Notes: a model not told the origin generated them from the sequence alone. Positions 49,313 through 61,353 are shown, numbered from the stretch's first letter. The stretch: 64,000 bases of DNA from Paraspadella gotoi (GCA_051294375.1 JBJCIZ010000028.1:1749479-1813478); one strand, 5' to 3'. A program made the numbers and translations.

Positions 49313-49387
49313 TGGTGACAGGAGTGGATTCGACATCCACTTCTCCAAATCAGAAGGTCAAGCCTTAGCCACAACGACCACGCCACC
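49313..49387 (-). ncRNA. tRNA-like sequence coinciding with the primer-binding site
   Basis: Minus strand GGTGGCG-TG-GTCGTTGTGGCTAAGGC-TTGACCTTCTGATTTGG-AGAA-GTGGATGTCGAATCCAC-TCC-TGTCACC-A (75 nt); plus strand starts TGGTGACAGGAGTGG, like a tRNA-Leu-type PBS. Confidence 0.6.
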
Positions 49388-49398
49388 CCTAAAAGAAA

Positions 49399-50786
49399 AT
49401 GGACTCCTCAGCCCCGACCATTCCCCCAGCCAAGGTCAGCTGGAGAAAAGGGGCCGCGCACGCCATCCACAAGCGCCGCAGCAAAAGAAGACGGTAGCTA
49501 CCACCGTGAGGACCTCGACTATCACACTTTGATCTCACGGGAGCTCTACTGGAGCAATGCCAATTGGAGACGAATCAGGCAGAAGTAACACGCCAAATCC
49601 TCACATTAATAAACAATGCAAACTTGAAGCATGATCAAAATTATGGCCTGGGATGAAAAACAAGAGATTTCGTCCGACACATATTGAATCCACATGTGTT
49701 ATAAGTATTAATGGATATTGAATCTCGGCACAAAGATGGAGCGAAATTCACGAGATGATGAAGGTCATGATGACCCGCGACAACGACCGCAATATCGGCA
49801 CACGGCTGACACACTTGTCGCAAGCCCCAACGCCGTCGTCACACCTCTACCCCAGCCCGAGCGCCCTCGCCGCCGCCACCGGACAACCTCGTGCCGAATC
49901 TTTTACCAATCAGACCTTGGTAAAAGGTTACCAACAACCCCAAGATGAAACTCCATCTGAAAGCGGAAGAANNNNNNNNNNTTCCTACACACCCGTCGAA
50001 CAACCAATAAAACTAGAAAAAAGGAGAAATGACGAAACGCCGGAAGACTTCCTTCGTAGTTTTTACGAAGCCTTCAAGGACTCCCCAGTGCCGGAAAAGG
50101 TGGATCAACAACTGCGTGCCCTCCTCGCCCGGGACAAAGTCGCAAGCAGATTCTTGGAGCCAATAAACCAATCAATGTGGTTAGGTTTACGCGCATTATG
50201 CGAGGGCTCCTCAGTCAGCATTGCGGAGGCCCTAGCCGAGGCAAAGATTGAGGTAAACCCTCAGGTCCACGCTAAATACGGCCTCGCCCTTGTCAACGCC
50301 GCGAAAGAAAATTTTGAAGCAGTGAGAGAAAAAGACAGGGCATCCATCCCTGATTATGTCGCCCAGATGTTAGTAGAAGCCATGGAGCCCTATGTGCCGG
50401 GCATAACATCGGAAACACTCGAGTGGACTCAAATGCTCGAGAGAGGAGAAACCCGACGCCTTGGTAAGGCAATCGAATATAAGTTACGGGGATACCTGAA
50501 GAAAACGGCCGACAATTCCATCAGGAAAATCGTAAAAACTGTATCCGATGACGACAAAGAAAAACTCATTAACGCCCTCGTTCAAAAAGGCCAGACGGAT
50601 AAAGATCCGAGCAGTAGTGCCATGGCCTTTTACCAAGGAACAGTTCTCCAAGAGATGAACAACATGAACGAGAAGATAAAGGAGTTGAAAAGGGATTTGG
50701 ATAGCGCACAACACCCTAACCAACCGGAACGCCGCTATGNNNNNNNNNNAAGGGAAGAAAACCCTGCACTTTGGAAGAAGACGTGA
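49399..50786 (+). CDS. gag: Gag-like ORF (frameshifts/gaps; main frame 49755-50786)
   Basis: First ORF after PBS; helical capsid-like region with C-terminal coiled coil; assigned mainly by position. Confidence 0.65.
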
Positions 50787-52014
50787 CATTGTAGATGTAA
50801 CCAGTGAGCTTGATATCGGTTCCGCTGATGACTTTGATACAAATAAAAACGATTTGTATTATCCCTGCGTCGTAAATAAAAATAAAGAAAGTAGAAAAGC
50901 CAAAAAACAGCCAATAAACAAAAGCACAAGAAGTGCAAAAGACAATTTAGATCAATTTCTGAAAGAATCTTATCAAAACCTTGGAAAAAAGGTGATGGAA
51001 AGAAACACGCAACAAGTAAAACAAGAAAATAGAAACAAAGTCAAGGAGTTAGCTGATACAGCAAACAAACTAAGAGGCAAGTCAGCTGCATCTCGGATGT
51101 ATAAACTTTTCAAACCTCTCGATGCTGAAGAAGTCGCCCTCGCCAACAAACATCTCCACAGACTGGGCTGGACGGATTGGCCCAAGGCCGACCAGGCAGG
51201 AAAAAGGGCAATCATAACAAGGTCGAAAGCCTGCGCCAAGCTGGTTAGGAAGGCCAGCCGGGTCGAGACAAACCGTAACCAGAATCCTAGGCCCGAGCTT
51301 CAACCTCAGCCAACAGTAACCCAGCTGAAACGGAAAGGCAGACCAAACCCAGCAAAGCGAGAAGGAAAGCCATCCCTGAGAAAACTTCGACCAGTGGGAG
51401 ACAAAAACAATCCCACCTACGAAATAATCGCTGGAGAACAAACTGGTGAATCTCTTCACCAGGCAACCATCAGGCGAGTAGAATTAGAGTGCCACCAACC
51501 GGAACATTTCTTGCCTCCACAACCTACGCCTGATACGACCAAGGATGAAAGGGACATGCCAACTTTACCTGAAAATTTAATAAACATCATCAAAGGAAAC
51601 AACGGACCTGAGCCTAGAGATGATACCGCAAAAACGTGTCACACAGGAAAAAACAGTTATATTCCAGCCGTCATCGCGGGAGCGCCAGCCAGCTGCCTGT
51701 ACGATACAGGCGCATCTGTCAATACTGTCCCGCGAAAATTCATCGAAAAATGGGCATTATCCAAACACGTTTACCACGGTACTCCACTCAGATTATCAAC
51801 AGCCACAGGAACCATCACTCTCACTGAGAGGATAAATCTAAGGATTATGTTCCAAAAATGGACTCTAAAAACAGTTTTTTACGTTTCTGCGGACAAAGAT
51901 GACCAGGACGTCATCATAGGGACAGCGGTCACCAACCCCGGGCCCCCTGATGAATTATGGGTGGTCCAACCATCCAACCAAAGGCCCGACCTTCAAATTG
52001 CATCCTATGGGTAA
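50737..52014 (+). CDS. pol: Basic spacer plus retroviral-type aspartic protease
   Basis: CLYDTGASVN (~51703) and VIIG flap-side motif. Confidence 0.88.
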   Translation: MXXXXGKKTLHFGRRRDIVDVTSELDIGSADDFDTNKNDLYYPCVVNKNKESRKAKKQPINKSTRSAKDNLDQFLKESYQNLGKKVMERNTQQVKQENRNKVKELADTANKLRGKSAASRMYKLFKPLDAEEVALANKHLHRLGWTDWPKADQAGKRAIITRSKACAKLVRKASRVETNRNQNPRPELQPQPTVTQLKRKGRPNPAKREGKPSLRKLRPVGDKNNPTYEIIAGEQTGESLHQATIRRVELECHQPEHFLPPQPTPDTTKDERDMPTLPENLINIIKGNNGPEPRDDTAKTCHTGKNSYIPAVIAGAPASCLYDTGASVNTVPRKFIEKWALSKHVYHGTPLRLSTATGTITLTERINLRIMFQKWTLKTVFYVSADKDDQDVIIGTAVTNPGPPDELWVVQPSNQRPDLQIASYG

Positions 52015-52323
52015 CAAACCCGTGACCCACTTATTTCGAGACAAACACGAGGCCTTAAAGGCCGCTAGATGGCTAGCCAGGGGAAAGTAGATGAATACAC
52101 ATTAGTCCCAATTCAGCCGAACACGACATGGATGGAAAGATAAAACTAACCTCCACTAAGCCATACTGGAAACCCTCGCTGGAGCGAGATGGGTAATCGA
52201 ATCTAGTGACGAAAGAAACACGCTGCAGATGGAGATCAGCTGAGAGAAGGAGTCGAATTTGATGCCAATCCAGGACCCTGGGGCACCGCAAGACCCCTAA
52301 TTACCAACCAAGCAAGGACGGAA

Positions 52324-54240
52324 TTGGGACTAGAAACGGGATCCACAGCAGAACCCGTCCAGGCAGATCTAACCGGCGAAAAGCCTGTGCTCAGAAAAGT
52401 GAGAAAAGATCACATCCCCGCCACAACGATCGTACATCACAAGCCAACGGAGGAGGAAATCAAGGCAGTCGAGGAGGCCCGACAAAATAGGCGCCAAAAA
52501 CATGACGCCCGTGGAAAAGAGGCTTTCCTGAAACCCTTCAAGGACGTAGACCCATCACTTCAGGATAAGGCTCACCTAGTCNNNNNNNNNNTGTGGGAAT
52601 TTCGCGACGTCTTTGGAGAAACTATAAGCGACTGCAAAGAAGGTTTTCTTAATTACAAGGTGGACCTTGGATATACAACGGATGACTTACCCAAACCAAG
52701 GTTCGCCAACCAAGGCCCCGTCAAAAAGGCTGCCCTGAAAAGATATCTCGAGGTATATGAGAAAGCCGGCATTGTGTCAAGCACAAAAAATGAGGCTTAC
52801 TCCAACGCATTCCTTATTAAGAAACCGGGCCACATCGCTGAAGGTCAAGACGAAATGAATGATGAGACTTTTGCAAAACAATGGCGACTCATCTGCGACC
52901 TTTCCTCCGTCAACAACAACATCTCAACTTACGCCACGGAGCCACAAACAATCGCTTCAATCTTAGAACAATATAAGCCACACGAGCTGCAATGCTCCGT
53001 TGACATCTTAGCTTGTTTCCACCAGGTCAACCTGACCGAGCGCTGCAAACCAGTCACGACCTTTGCAGGAGCAGGCCACAACTGGTGGATGAATAAGTTG
53101 CCGATGGGGGGCGTCAACAGCGTGAATGTGCTCCAAGCAATCCTGGATGAAATCTTCCACGACCTGGGAACTGATGTAAAAAGTTTTTTGGTTTATGTGG
53201 ACGACCTCATACTCACGGCCAAGTCACCCGAAGACATGGCGCAGAGACTCCGGGACCTACTGCAAAGATGCCGAGACGAAAACGTCGTCCTCAAGTGGAC
53301 AAAAAGCGTCCTCCTCAGAAAAGAGGACATCAAGATATTAGGCTTCAGCATCTCCAAAAGCAGACTCCTCCCGCAAAAAGAAAAACTGCAAGCGGTCGAA
53401 TTGAAGCTAAAGACCCTCAAGACACAAAAAGAGCTAAGAGCTATGTTGGCCTCATTAAACTATTACAGATGCTTCACGCATCGATTCTCATACATCGCAC
53501 AACCTCTCCACGCCTTAACCTTACTGGAAAAAAAAGATTTCAAACTCTCCAAGAAACACATCGAGATGCTCCAGACCCTCGTCGACGAAATCAAAGCATG
53601 CCCAGGATTGAACTTTCTAAACGACGCCAGGATAAGAAATGGATCCTACAGAATCTACGCGGACGCCAGTACGAGTGCCATGGGTGGACTTATCACCGCC
53701 ACGGCCGACGGCGTTGAATATCCGTTGTCATTCCACTCCAAATCGTTTCCCGAGGAATATCGGATTAAACACATCAACATCCTAGAGACCCTCGCCTTTA
53801 ACATGATGGCACGAAAGTTCAAGGGTTACACATGTGGCAGAAGGGTAACATTGGTCACCGATTCTCAATATTTCAAGAGAATAATGGATCTACAGCATGA
53901 CCGACAACAAATGCTACCGACAAACGTCTTGAGGTGGATCACAGAAATAAAACAGGAATGTCAACCAAAAGAAATCATCCTCGTAAAAAGCGAAGACAAC
54001 CCGGCTGACTTTTTGACACGCTTCACAGAACAAGGCCAAGTCACACCCCTGGACACCCCTTTCTTTCCTGCTGGCTTTGATGTTGATGGCGAATATGAGC
54101 CAGGTTTTGCAGAAAACCCTGTTTATGATTACGTGACCCCTGAGCACCTGGACCTGATAACAGGTCACGCCCCTACCCTTGCACTAATGGCTCAAACATT
54201 AGGAGAAGAAGCAAAATCATTTAGGACAAAATTTTTTTGA
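52324..54240 (+). CDS. pol: Reverse transcriptase and RNase H
   Basis: WRLICD, VDILACFHQV, LPMG, YVDD (~53194), ILGF, LNYYRCF; RNase H YADAS, LETLA, VTDS, NPADFLTR. Confidence 0.96.
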   Translation: MGLETGSTAEPVQADLTGEKPVLRKVRKDHIPATTIVHHKPTEEEIKAVEEARQNRRQKHDARGKEAFLKPFKDVDPSLQDKAHLVXXXXWEFRDVFGETISDCKEGFLNYKVDLGYTTDDLPKPRFANQGPVKKAALKRYLEVYEKAGIVSSTKNEAYSNAFLIKKPGHIAEGQDEMNDETFAKQWRLICDLSSVNNNISTYATEPQTIASILEQYKPHELQCSVDILACFHQVNLTERCKPVTTFAGAGHNWWMNKLPMGGVNSVNVLQAILDEIFHDLGTDVKSFLVYVDDLILTAKSPEDMAQRLRDLLQRCRDENVVLKWTKSVLLRKEDIKILGFSISKSRLLPQKEKLQAVELKLKTLKTQKELRAMLASLNYYRCFTHRFSYIAQPLHALTLLEKKDFKLSKKHIEMLQTLVDEIKACPGLNFLNDARIRNGSYRIYADASTSAMGGLITATADGVEYPLSFHSKSFPEEYRIKHINILETLAFNMMARKFKGYTCGRRVTLVTDSQYFKRIMDLQHDRQQMLPTNVLRWITEIKQECQPKEIILVKSEDNPADFLTRFTEQGQVTPLDTPFFPAGFDVDGEYEPGFAENPVYDYVTPEHLDLITGHAPTLALMAQTLGEEAKSFRTKFF

Positions 54241-54244
54241 ATTT

Positions 54245-55153
54245 GTGCGACAAAAAGTTCACATCAATCAAGGCAACATCGAGAAACTGTACGGGAAACC
54301 AAAGACAAAAGATGTAGACACCTTTGTCAGAACAATCTCCGCCAAGGATTGGAGCTTAGGTCATCCCGAGTTAGAAATGCTAAGTGAGATGACAGGCATC
54401 ACGATCGTAATGATGGAAGAGGACTCGGCACGGGAAACGGGTTGCAAATTCGAGAGGATATATGGACCTACTGACCACGATGGACGAATAAAAATATTTC
54501 GAACCATCACAGGACAGGTCAGCCTCGTCAGCAACGAAAACCCGACATGCCCACTCCGCCCGGCCAAGCAAGGACCAATCCAAACAATCAATGTGGCGAG
54601 TCTAAAGAAACCAGAGTGCAGGGGAAGGCCCAGAAGGCAAAATGCCACAAGTCACCACTGGGAAGCGCTGCCAGAAGATCTAATTCATGTGCAAATGCCA
54701 GACCCACCAAAGAATCCACAAACGTCACCTCCGCCATCCACGTCGACCCACTCAACCTCAGTGGAGACCATCCAATCAAAATGGCCTGGAGCAAAGGAAG
54801 AGTTAATGATCGACAGTACACTTGAGGCAGATGTCGACGTTTCAACAGAGGAGATAGCGGAAGAAGCAGCAAACCCCAATCAAAAAGAAATAAGGCTTAT
54901 GCCTTTAACAGCACTTGTTAAGCAATGGCAACAAGAGAATGAACTGTTCAAAACTGTAATAGAAGCCCTGCAACAAGATGACCGCGAAAGTGCCGAGAAA
55001 ATGCTAAACCAAAAGATGCAAAAAAGAAAAACCCTAACTGAGAGATACCTCACGAACATCCTCACCGACCTCAATGTCACGGAAAATGGAATCCTCATAC
55101 GGTTACAAGCCGAAACCCGACAACAAAATTTGTTGTCCCGCCCGAGAAAATAG
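54245..55153 (+). CDS. Pol insertion: OTU-like domain plus low-complexity linker
   Basis: W-S-L-G-H-P-E-L-E-M-L-S-E-M-T-G-I-T-I-V matches the OTU W-G-xx-EL-xx-LS-xxxx-I pattern; continues pol after a homopolymer frameshift. Confidence 0.6.
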   Translation: MRQKVHINQGNIEKLYGKPKTKDVDTFVRTISAKDWSLGHPELEMLSEMTGITIVMMEEDSARETGCKFERIYGPTDHDGRIKIFRTITGQVSLVSNENPTCPLRPAKQGPIQTINVASLKKPECRGRPRRQNATSHHWEALPEDLIHVQMPDPPKNPQTSPPPSTSTHSTSVETIQSKWPGAKEELMIDSTLEADVDVSTEEIAEEAANPNQKEIRLMPLTALVKQWQQENELFKTVIEALQQDDRESAEKMLNQKMQKRKTLTERYLTNILTDLNVTENGILIRLQAETRQQNLLSRPRK

Positions 55154-56175
55154 TCAAACAAATACATCAACACTATGGTCACCCAGGTCGCGACCGCACG
55201 GCTTTTATATCAGCCCAATACGTCTCAGCACCAGGTTTATCAACGGCCGCGGCAAAATGCGTAAGAAACTGCGACAACTGCGCAAAAGCTACTGACGCAC
55301 AAAAAAATAACGAAACACCCTCCGCCCCAAACTTAGCCATCACCCCTTGGGAATCATTAAGCATTGACGTAATGCACCTGCCCTCGGTAGCTGGCTTTAA
55401 CTACGCCCTGGTTGCATCCGACAATGCATCTGCGTACACATGGGCTATCCCCCTACGCCGCGCAGATGCCGAAACAATTGTGAAAGCTCTCGACGAAAGA
55501 ATTTTTCTCCAACACGGTTCTTACATGGAAGTTAACTTCGATGGCGCAACGCAGTTAAATGGGAAAGCAATGAACTCCATACTGAACTTGCTTGACACGG
55601 TGGGGAGAAGGGTCCTGGTCGGAAGGAAGGACAGCAACAGGGCTGAAAGGGATATCGGCCGAATACGCCAAGCCCTGCGCAAAGCTGTGGAAGACCAACC
55701 AAGAAAATGGCTGGATCAACTTCCCCACCTGATGCTGCTCCTAAATGCCACTCCAATCATCGGATGGAAGACAGACATGTCTCCCCATGAAATCCAATTT
55801 GGCCACAGACCAAGGATCGTTGAAGCCGCTGATGACTTCACAAAAAGGAACCTCGTCGATTTCATTCGGAAAAGGGCCGACAGACAAGAACAGGCCCAAA
55901 CAAGATTAGCAGATCAGAGAAACAAACTGTACAAACAATCGTCGAGAGGAAATCCATACAAAAAGACGGCCGAAATCAAAATCGGAGACTTGGTCCTTGC
56001 CCGACGCGACCTCATCATGACCGGAACTGCAACGACCGAGAATAAAGTGAAGAGGATTTACTCTGGCCCACACAAAGTTGTACAACGAGACGGAAACCAC
56101 TATGTCGTCTCGATCGCCGGCCAGAACTTAAGATACCACAGACGACGACTCAAACAACACGCAACGAACGGATAA
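55150..56175 (+). CDS. pol: Integrase (HHCC, DDE, GPY/F-like)
   Basis: HQHYGHPG..CDNC; PWESLSIDV; NFDGA; RAERD; YSGPHKV. Confidence 0.95.
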   Translation: MVKQIHQHYGHPGRDRTAFISAQYVSAPGLSTAAAKCVRNCDNCAKATDAQKNNETPSAPNLAITPWESLSIDVMHLPSVAGFNYALVASDNASAYTWAIPLRRADAETIVKALDERIFLQHGSYMEVNFDGATQLNGKAMNSILNLLDTVGRRVLVGRKDSNRAERDIGRIRQALRKAVEDQPRKWLDQLPHLMLLLNATPIIGWKTDMSPHEIQFGHRPRIVEAADDFTKRNLVDFIRKRADRQEQAQTRLADQRNKLYKQSSRGNPYKKTAEIKIGDLVLARRDLIMTGTATTENKVKRIYSGPHKVVQRDGNHYVVSIAGQNLRYHRRRLKQHATNG

Positions 56176-57995
56176 ANNNNNNNNNNNNNNNNNNNNNNNN
56201 NNNNNNNNNNNNNNNNNNNNNNNNNNNNNNNNNNNNNNNNNNNNNNNNNNNNNNNNNNNNNNNNNNNNNNNNNNNNGTAAACGACTTTCCAAAGTAAGAC
56301 TTGAGACTGAAGTCCAAAGACGATACTTCGTTTAAAGACTTCATGGTAACACAGAGAAAGAGCTACCACTATTTCCGTAAAATTAGGAGGCAAAGCGAGG
56401 GTAAGTGCTCAATTGGCAAGGCAAAAGTAAAGACTTACTGTTAACGGCAAAGAAAAAGTCACGACTCAATGGCATGTTAAAAAAAAGGAACCATTTACCT
56501 TTGAATATATGGAAAGTTTAAGCCGATCATCCGGAAAATAAACCGATCGAGAAAAGAAAACTTTTTTCCTCTCTCTTTCCTCTTTTCTGCTTCCGCGCGC
56601 CACCTCGAGGGGAAATTTTTGAAGCTGAATTCTAAGAGACTGACTGACTGACTATCTGAAAATAAAATTTAGTGACGTTCGTTTTCGTTTTGTGATTTTT
56701 TTAGTAGGAAGAGGAATTTTCGTGAGAAGGTTTTTCGTTCGCGGCAAAGTCATTTACACGTTATTGTAAAAGTTAAGCGACTCACATATTGTTCTTTGTT
56801 GTTCTTTTTTCCCCTTTGTTCTTTTTTTTATGTCTTTCTTTATTTCGATCTTTTTCTATTTCTGGTTTTCTCCCTAAATGCGTTTCTTTTCTTCTTTCTT
56901 TTTTTCTCTTTTTTCTTTTATATTTTTTATTCTCTCTCTTTCGTTTTTCCGTCTTAATTTCTCTTTCTTTCTTTTTTTTTCTTCACTTCTTTTATTCTTT
57001 TTCTTTCATTTTATGTCTTTTTTTTATCTCTCTGTCCTTTTCACTATCTTTCTTTCTTCATTAAAAAAAGAAAAAACTCCTTCAAGCAAGCACTCACGCA
57101 CACTCACTCACACACACATAAAAAAAAAGGAAGGAAAAAAAAAAAAGGTTTCCTCTTCTCGAATTCTTCTGCTTTTCGCGTTTGAGTTAATTACATCCTC
57201 GACCTTGCGCTGCCGCCCCCCACTCTCTTCCCCCCCCCACACCTCTCCTCCCCCCCACATTTCCCAAAATCTTAAAACCCAACCTCCCCCCCTCAACAAC
57301 TCGTGAGTAACGATGCGCTTGCGCGTGAATAATCCATTAGCGCCATTAATTCTTACTACGATTTCCGTCTATGATTTTCTTTTTTTCTTTTTCTTTTTTT
57401 TTTTTCTTTTTTTTTGCGGGGAGGGGGTAGGGGGTAAGGGAGGCCCGGGGAGGCCCGGGGAGGGCCGTTTAACGGGGGTTAAATCGAGTTAAGGGGCAGA
57501 GAAGTTGCGACGGAGTTAGTTTTTATTTATGATTCATGAAATCAGAACCGATGACTTTTTTATTTATTTTATTTTTAATTTATTTATTTTTTTTTTTAAA
57601 TTGCCGCAAATTTAAAGTGAAATGACGAATGAAAAAAAAAAAGACCGGGTAAAACTGGGGATATTTTGATTGGATGAAAAATTCAGCCAATCAGATCCTC
57701 GTGTAATCGATGTGCGGAGGCGCGAAGTTCCGGTCAGCGACTTCGTTAATTAAATATTAAATTTATTGCCTTTTTTATTATGTGTTTTCGCGTTAGTTTT
57801 TCTCGTTTTGCTTTTATAATTTAAAAAAAGTTTGTTTTTTTTTTTCAACGGTCGTTTCATACCTAAAATACTTTTTTATACCTTTAAAAAGGCACGAAAA
57901 ACGAAAAGCAAAAAAAATATTACTTTTTCCCTCGCCAGCGTTTATTTTCTGACGGAGCTTTGTGGGTCTGAGTGATGAAACATGGAGCGCATGAG

Positions 57996-58042
<47 letters not shown>

Positions 58043-58412
58043 TTCTCTTTTTAGTGGTCCGCATTTCCGTTTCGTATTGGGATTTTTCTTATTTTTTTCA
58101 GAAAACAAAACTTTGTTGAAAAAGGGTTTTTTTTCGCGTCAGTCAAGTTGCGGAAAAGATTGGAAAAAATAATGGAACTGAAATGAAGAAGATGGTAAAA
58201 ATACGGTGTTGAAGGAGGGAAGATGGTAAAAATAACGGAGTCGTAGGAAGGAATATGGTAAACAAGGCCACTAAAACGAGAAAGCAAAATAGAGAAGATG
58301 GCTAATAGTAGAAAGTAGTATGTTATAAAATCTATAAATATTGAATAGTAAAACAAATAATTTTTTTATAATCATAAGTTAACAAAAATAAATACAGTAG
58401 GTTAACATAAAG

Positions 58413-59765
58413 AAACAAGTTTGAGCAAACAATGTCGGATCTGCCTACGATAATTAATTAATTAATTAATTAATCGATTAATTAATTAATTAATTAATTT
58501 TAATATGTAATAATTAATTTTAAATTTATATTCACTTATCATCATCGATGTCCTTAAAATTGGGTTAGGGACAGTTATTAAATATTTTTTGTTTGCATTT
58601 TATCAAAACAAACAAATATCCTTTATTTTATTTTATGTCTCCTTGTCTCTCTCACTCTCACTCTCTCTCTCTCTCTCTTTTTATGCAATTGCGACGATCT
58701 TTATGCTTTTAAGATTTTTTTTAACTTGCATCATTTTTTCACATTAATTAATTAATTAATTAACTAATTAATTAATTAAACATTTATTAGTAATCATTAA
58801 TATTAAAGATTCAAGTATATGTGACTTATGTTTTTTCCATCTAAACTCATTTCCACTGGCACAATTCCGTCAAAACTTTATATAATTATTATATATTAAT
58901 AAATATTTAAAAGCTTCAGTGCAACAACCCAATGAACTAAATCAAAAAGTTACATTGAAAATCGATTTAGTAGTAAAAGGGAAAAAAAATTTTAAAGAGA
59001 ACTAGGAGTTAGAAAAAAGTGTTCAATTTTGGCCCGCCTTACTAGATATTAGGGCCGGAACAGGATTGAAAACTTGAAGTTCTCTCAAATGGTTAATGGT
59101 TAATGGTTAAGCGACTATTAATAATATGAAAATGAAATAATTTTTAAAATTTTGCTTATCAATTTTTTTATAGATTCTGATAGAGCTTTAAAGTTAGATA
59201 AAGGTTATTAATACAACTTTTTTTTGTTTTATTTATGAAAAATTAAAAAAATAAAATTCCGCCAATAATGATGATGATGATAATTTTTTTAAGGTTTTTT
59301 TGATTTTTAACTAATTTATTGTCAAAATTTGAAAAAATTATAGTACTAACTTTCATTTAACTTCTTAAGCTCTACAAGAACCCTGTTAAATATTTCCGTG
59401 TTTCAAGTTTCCCAAAAATCGTTGCTCTTTTTGCCTAAAACGTTTACTATATATCTAAGTGAAGAAACTTACCTTTGTGAGAGAAAGTAAGAATTATATT
59501 AGTAGTTCTCAAGCTTTACGAGCGTGAAGCAGGTTTGTTTTAATGTTTCTTTACTTGATTTAATTTTATATTAAGGTTTTTATTAATTCGTTTATATTAT
59601 CTTTTTATAGTCCAGCGTTCAATTCCGTTCCATGCGTTTCTATGTCGTTCAATGCCGTTCAATGCCTTTCAATGCCGTTCAATGCCGTTTGTATCTCAAT
59701 TGCTTCTACATTTGGTTGATTAACAATGTAAATTACTTCGGACATTATTTCGGACTCTCTCTCTT

Positions 59766-59816
<51 letters not shown>

Positions 59817-59895
59817 AATTGCAACGATCCTTATGCTCATTTTTCTGCTCTCTCTCTCTCTTTGCAATTGCGACGATCCTATGCTCATTTTTCTG

Positions 59896-59967
<72 letters not shown>

Positions 59968-60801
59968 TAATAAAGATTCAAGTAAATGTAACTTATGTTT
60001 TTTTCCATTTAAACTCATTTCCACTGGCACAATTCCGTCAAAACTTTATATCTAGCTTCTCCACACAACTTTCCTACCCGCTCACAAAATTTCATCTCAA
60101 TCTATTATGGGTTAAATAAGTAAAAAGATTCAAGTAAATGTGACTCATATTTTTTTCATTTAAACTCATTTCCACTCGTACGTTTCCACCGAAACTTTAT
60201 ATCAAGCATCGTTACACATTTTTCTACCCACACAAAAATTTGAACTCAATCTATCCATCCAATTATGATTAATTAGAGTACTTATTGGTTAAAATAATTA
60301 AAAATTATTTTAGTAAATGCGACTTATGTTTTTTCCTCTTAAACTCACACGATTCCGTCGAAACTTTATATCCAGCTTTATCACACACTTTCCTACCCAC
60401 ACACAAAATTTCTTTCCAATCCAACCAGCCAATCACGAGTTATTGGAGCTTTTTGCTAAGGTGGGACGGATGGACGGATTTATTGACTGATTAATTAATT
60501 GTTGATTAATTAATTAACTAATTGATTAATTAACTGATTAATTATTTGATTTATTAATACATCCTGCATATACATTTAATATAAAAGGAAAAAGAATCCT
60601 AATCAATTAGTGAAACAGGTTTTTTGTTTTTTTCCATTTAAACTCATTTCCACTCAAAAGATTCCATCGAAACTTGGTTTCCTGTTCAATCACACACTTT
60701 TCTACTCACATACAAAATTCCAGGTCAATCGATAATTAAGTGGTAATAAGCTAACTTGTTCAACTTGCATAATTTAATCAACTTGCATAATTTGGTCAAC
60801 T
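58413..60801 (+). mobile_element. HINE/DINE-1-like element interrupted at 59050 by a TAGGG-starting insertion and truncated by an LTR at 60802
   Basis: Same terminus as 43556; similarity to the 44455-44475 segment breaks at CTAGATAT|TAGGGCCGG. Confidence 0.8.
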
Positions 60802-61353
60802 TGTGGATGGCACCATATATTGGAAGTTAGCGCTCGTGCGTCGACAATTGTTTTTCTGCTTTGTGGTAAGAGTTAGTATTAACCAACTTGCTTGGTTAGT
60901 TCAATAAAAGCAACCTTAATAAATAATCAAAGCATATAGATATTCAACTGCTTTTTGCCTTCAAGCAATTAGAATATCTATATGAGTAAACAATAATCAA
61001 ATTAATTATTTAATTAATTAATAACCAATTAAAATAATAAAACAGTAATAAAGATACTAAATTAAAATTGATAACCGGAGAGATTCAAAGTAGGTTGTTA
61101 ATTATTAGTTATCTCTGTAAATCAGATTTTAAGCTAGGTAAAAACACAACAAGTTAAATCAGCTGATTGTTAATGAATGGAACTGAAACAGATTGATCAT
61201 TTGTTTCGGGAAACAAAAGATAAAATAAGTAATTTGTTTTAAACTAATAAAGTCTTTAATCAAAGTTTTGTAAAAGGTAAAAATAACTATTGGAGTTGAC
61301 CAATCTTTGTGATGAAGTATTCGGGGATGAGATATCTCGAGATCGAATCCACA
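60802..61353 (-). mobile_element. LTR (552 bp), probably the 3' LTR of a minus-strand element
   Basis: TGTGGAT...ATCCACA inverted termini; adjacent TCCCCCCC reads as polypurine tract GGGGGGGA on the minus strand. Confidence 0.65.

Larger units (their letters stand above)
48981..56175 (+). mobile_element. Ty3/gypsy LTR retrotransposon (3' LTR not seen; gap follows integrase)
   Basis: LTR, PBS, gag, then PR-RT-RH-IN order. Confidence 0.95.

Noticed and set aside
49399-55372. Programmed ribosomal frameshifts in the gypsy element
   Set aside because: Breaks coincide with homopolymers or N patches and fall inside domains; cannot be separated from read error or decay
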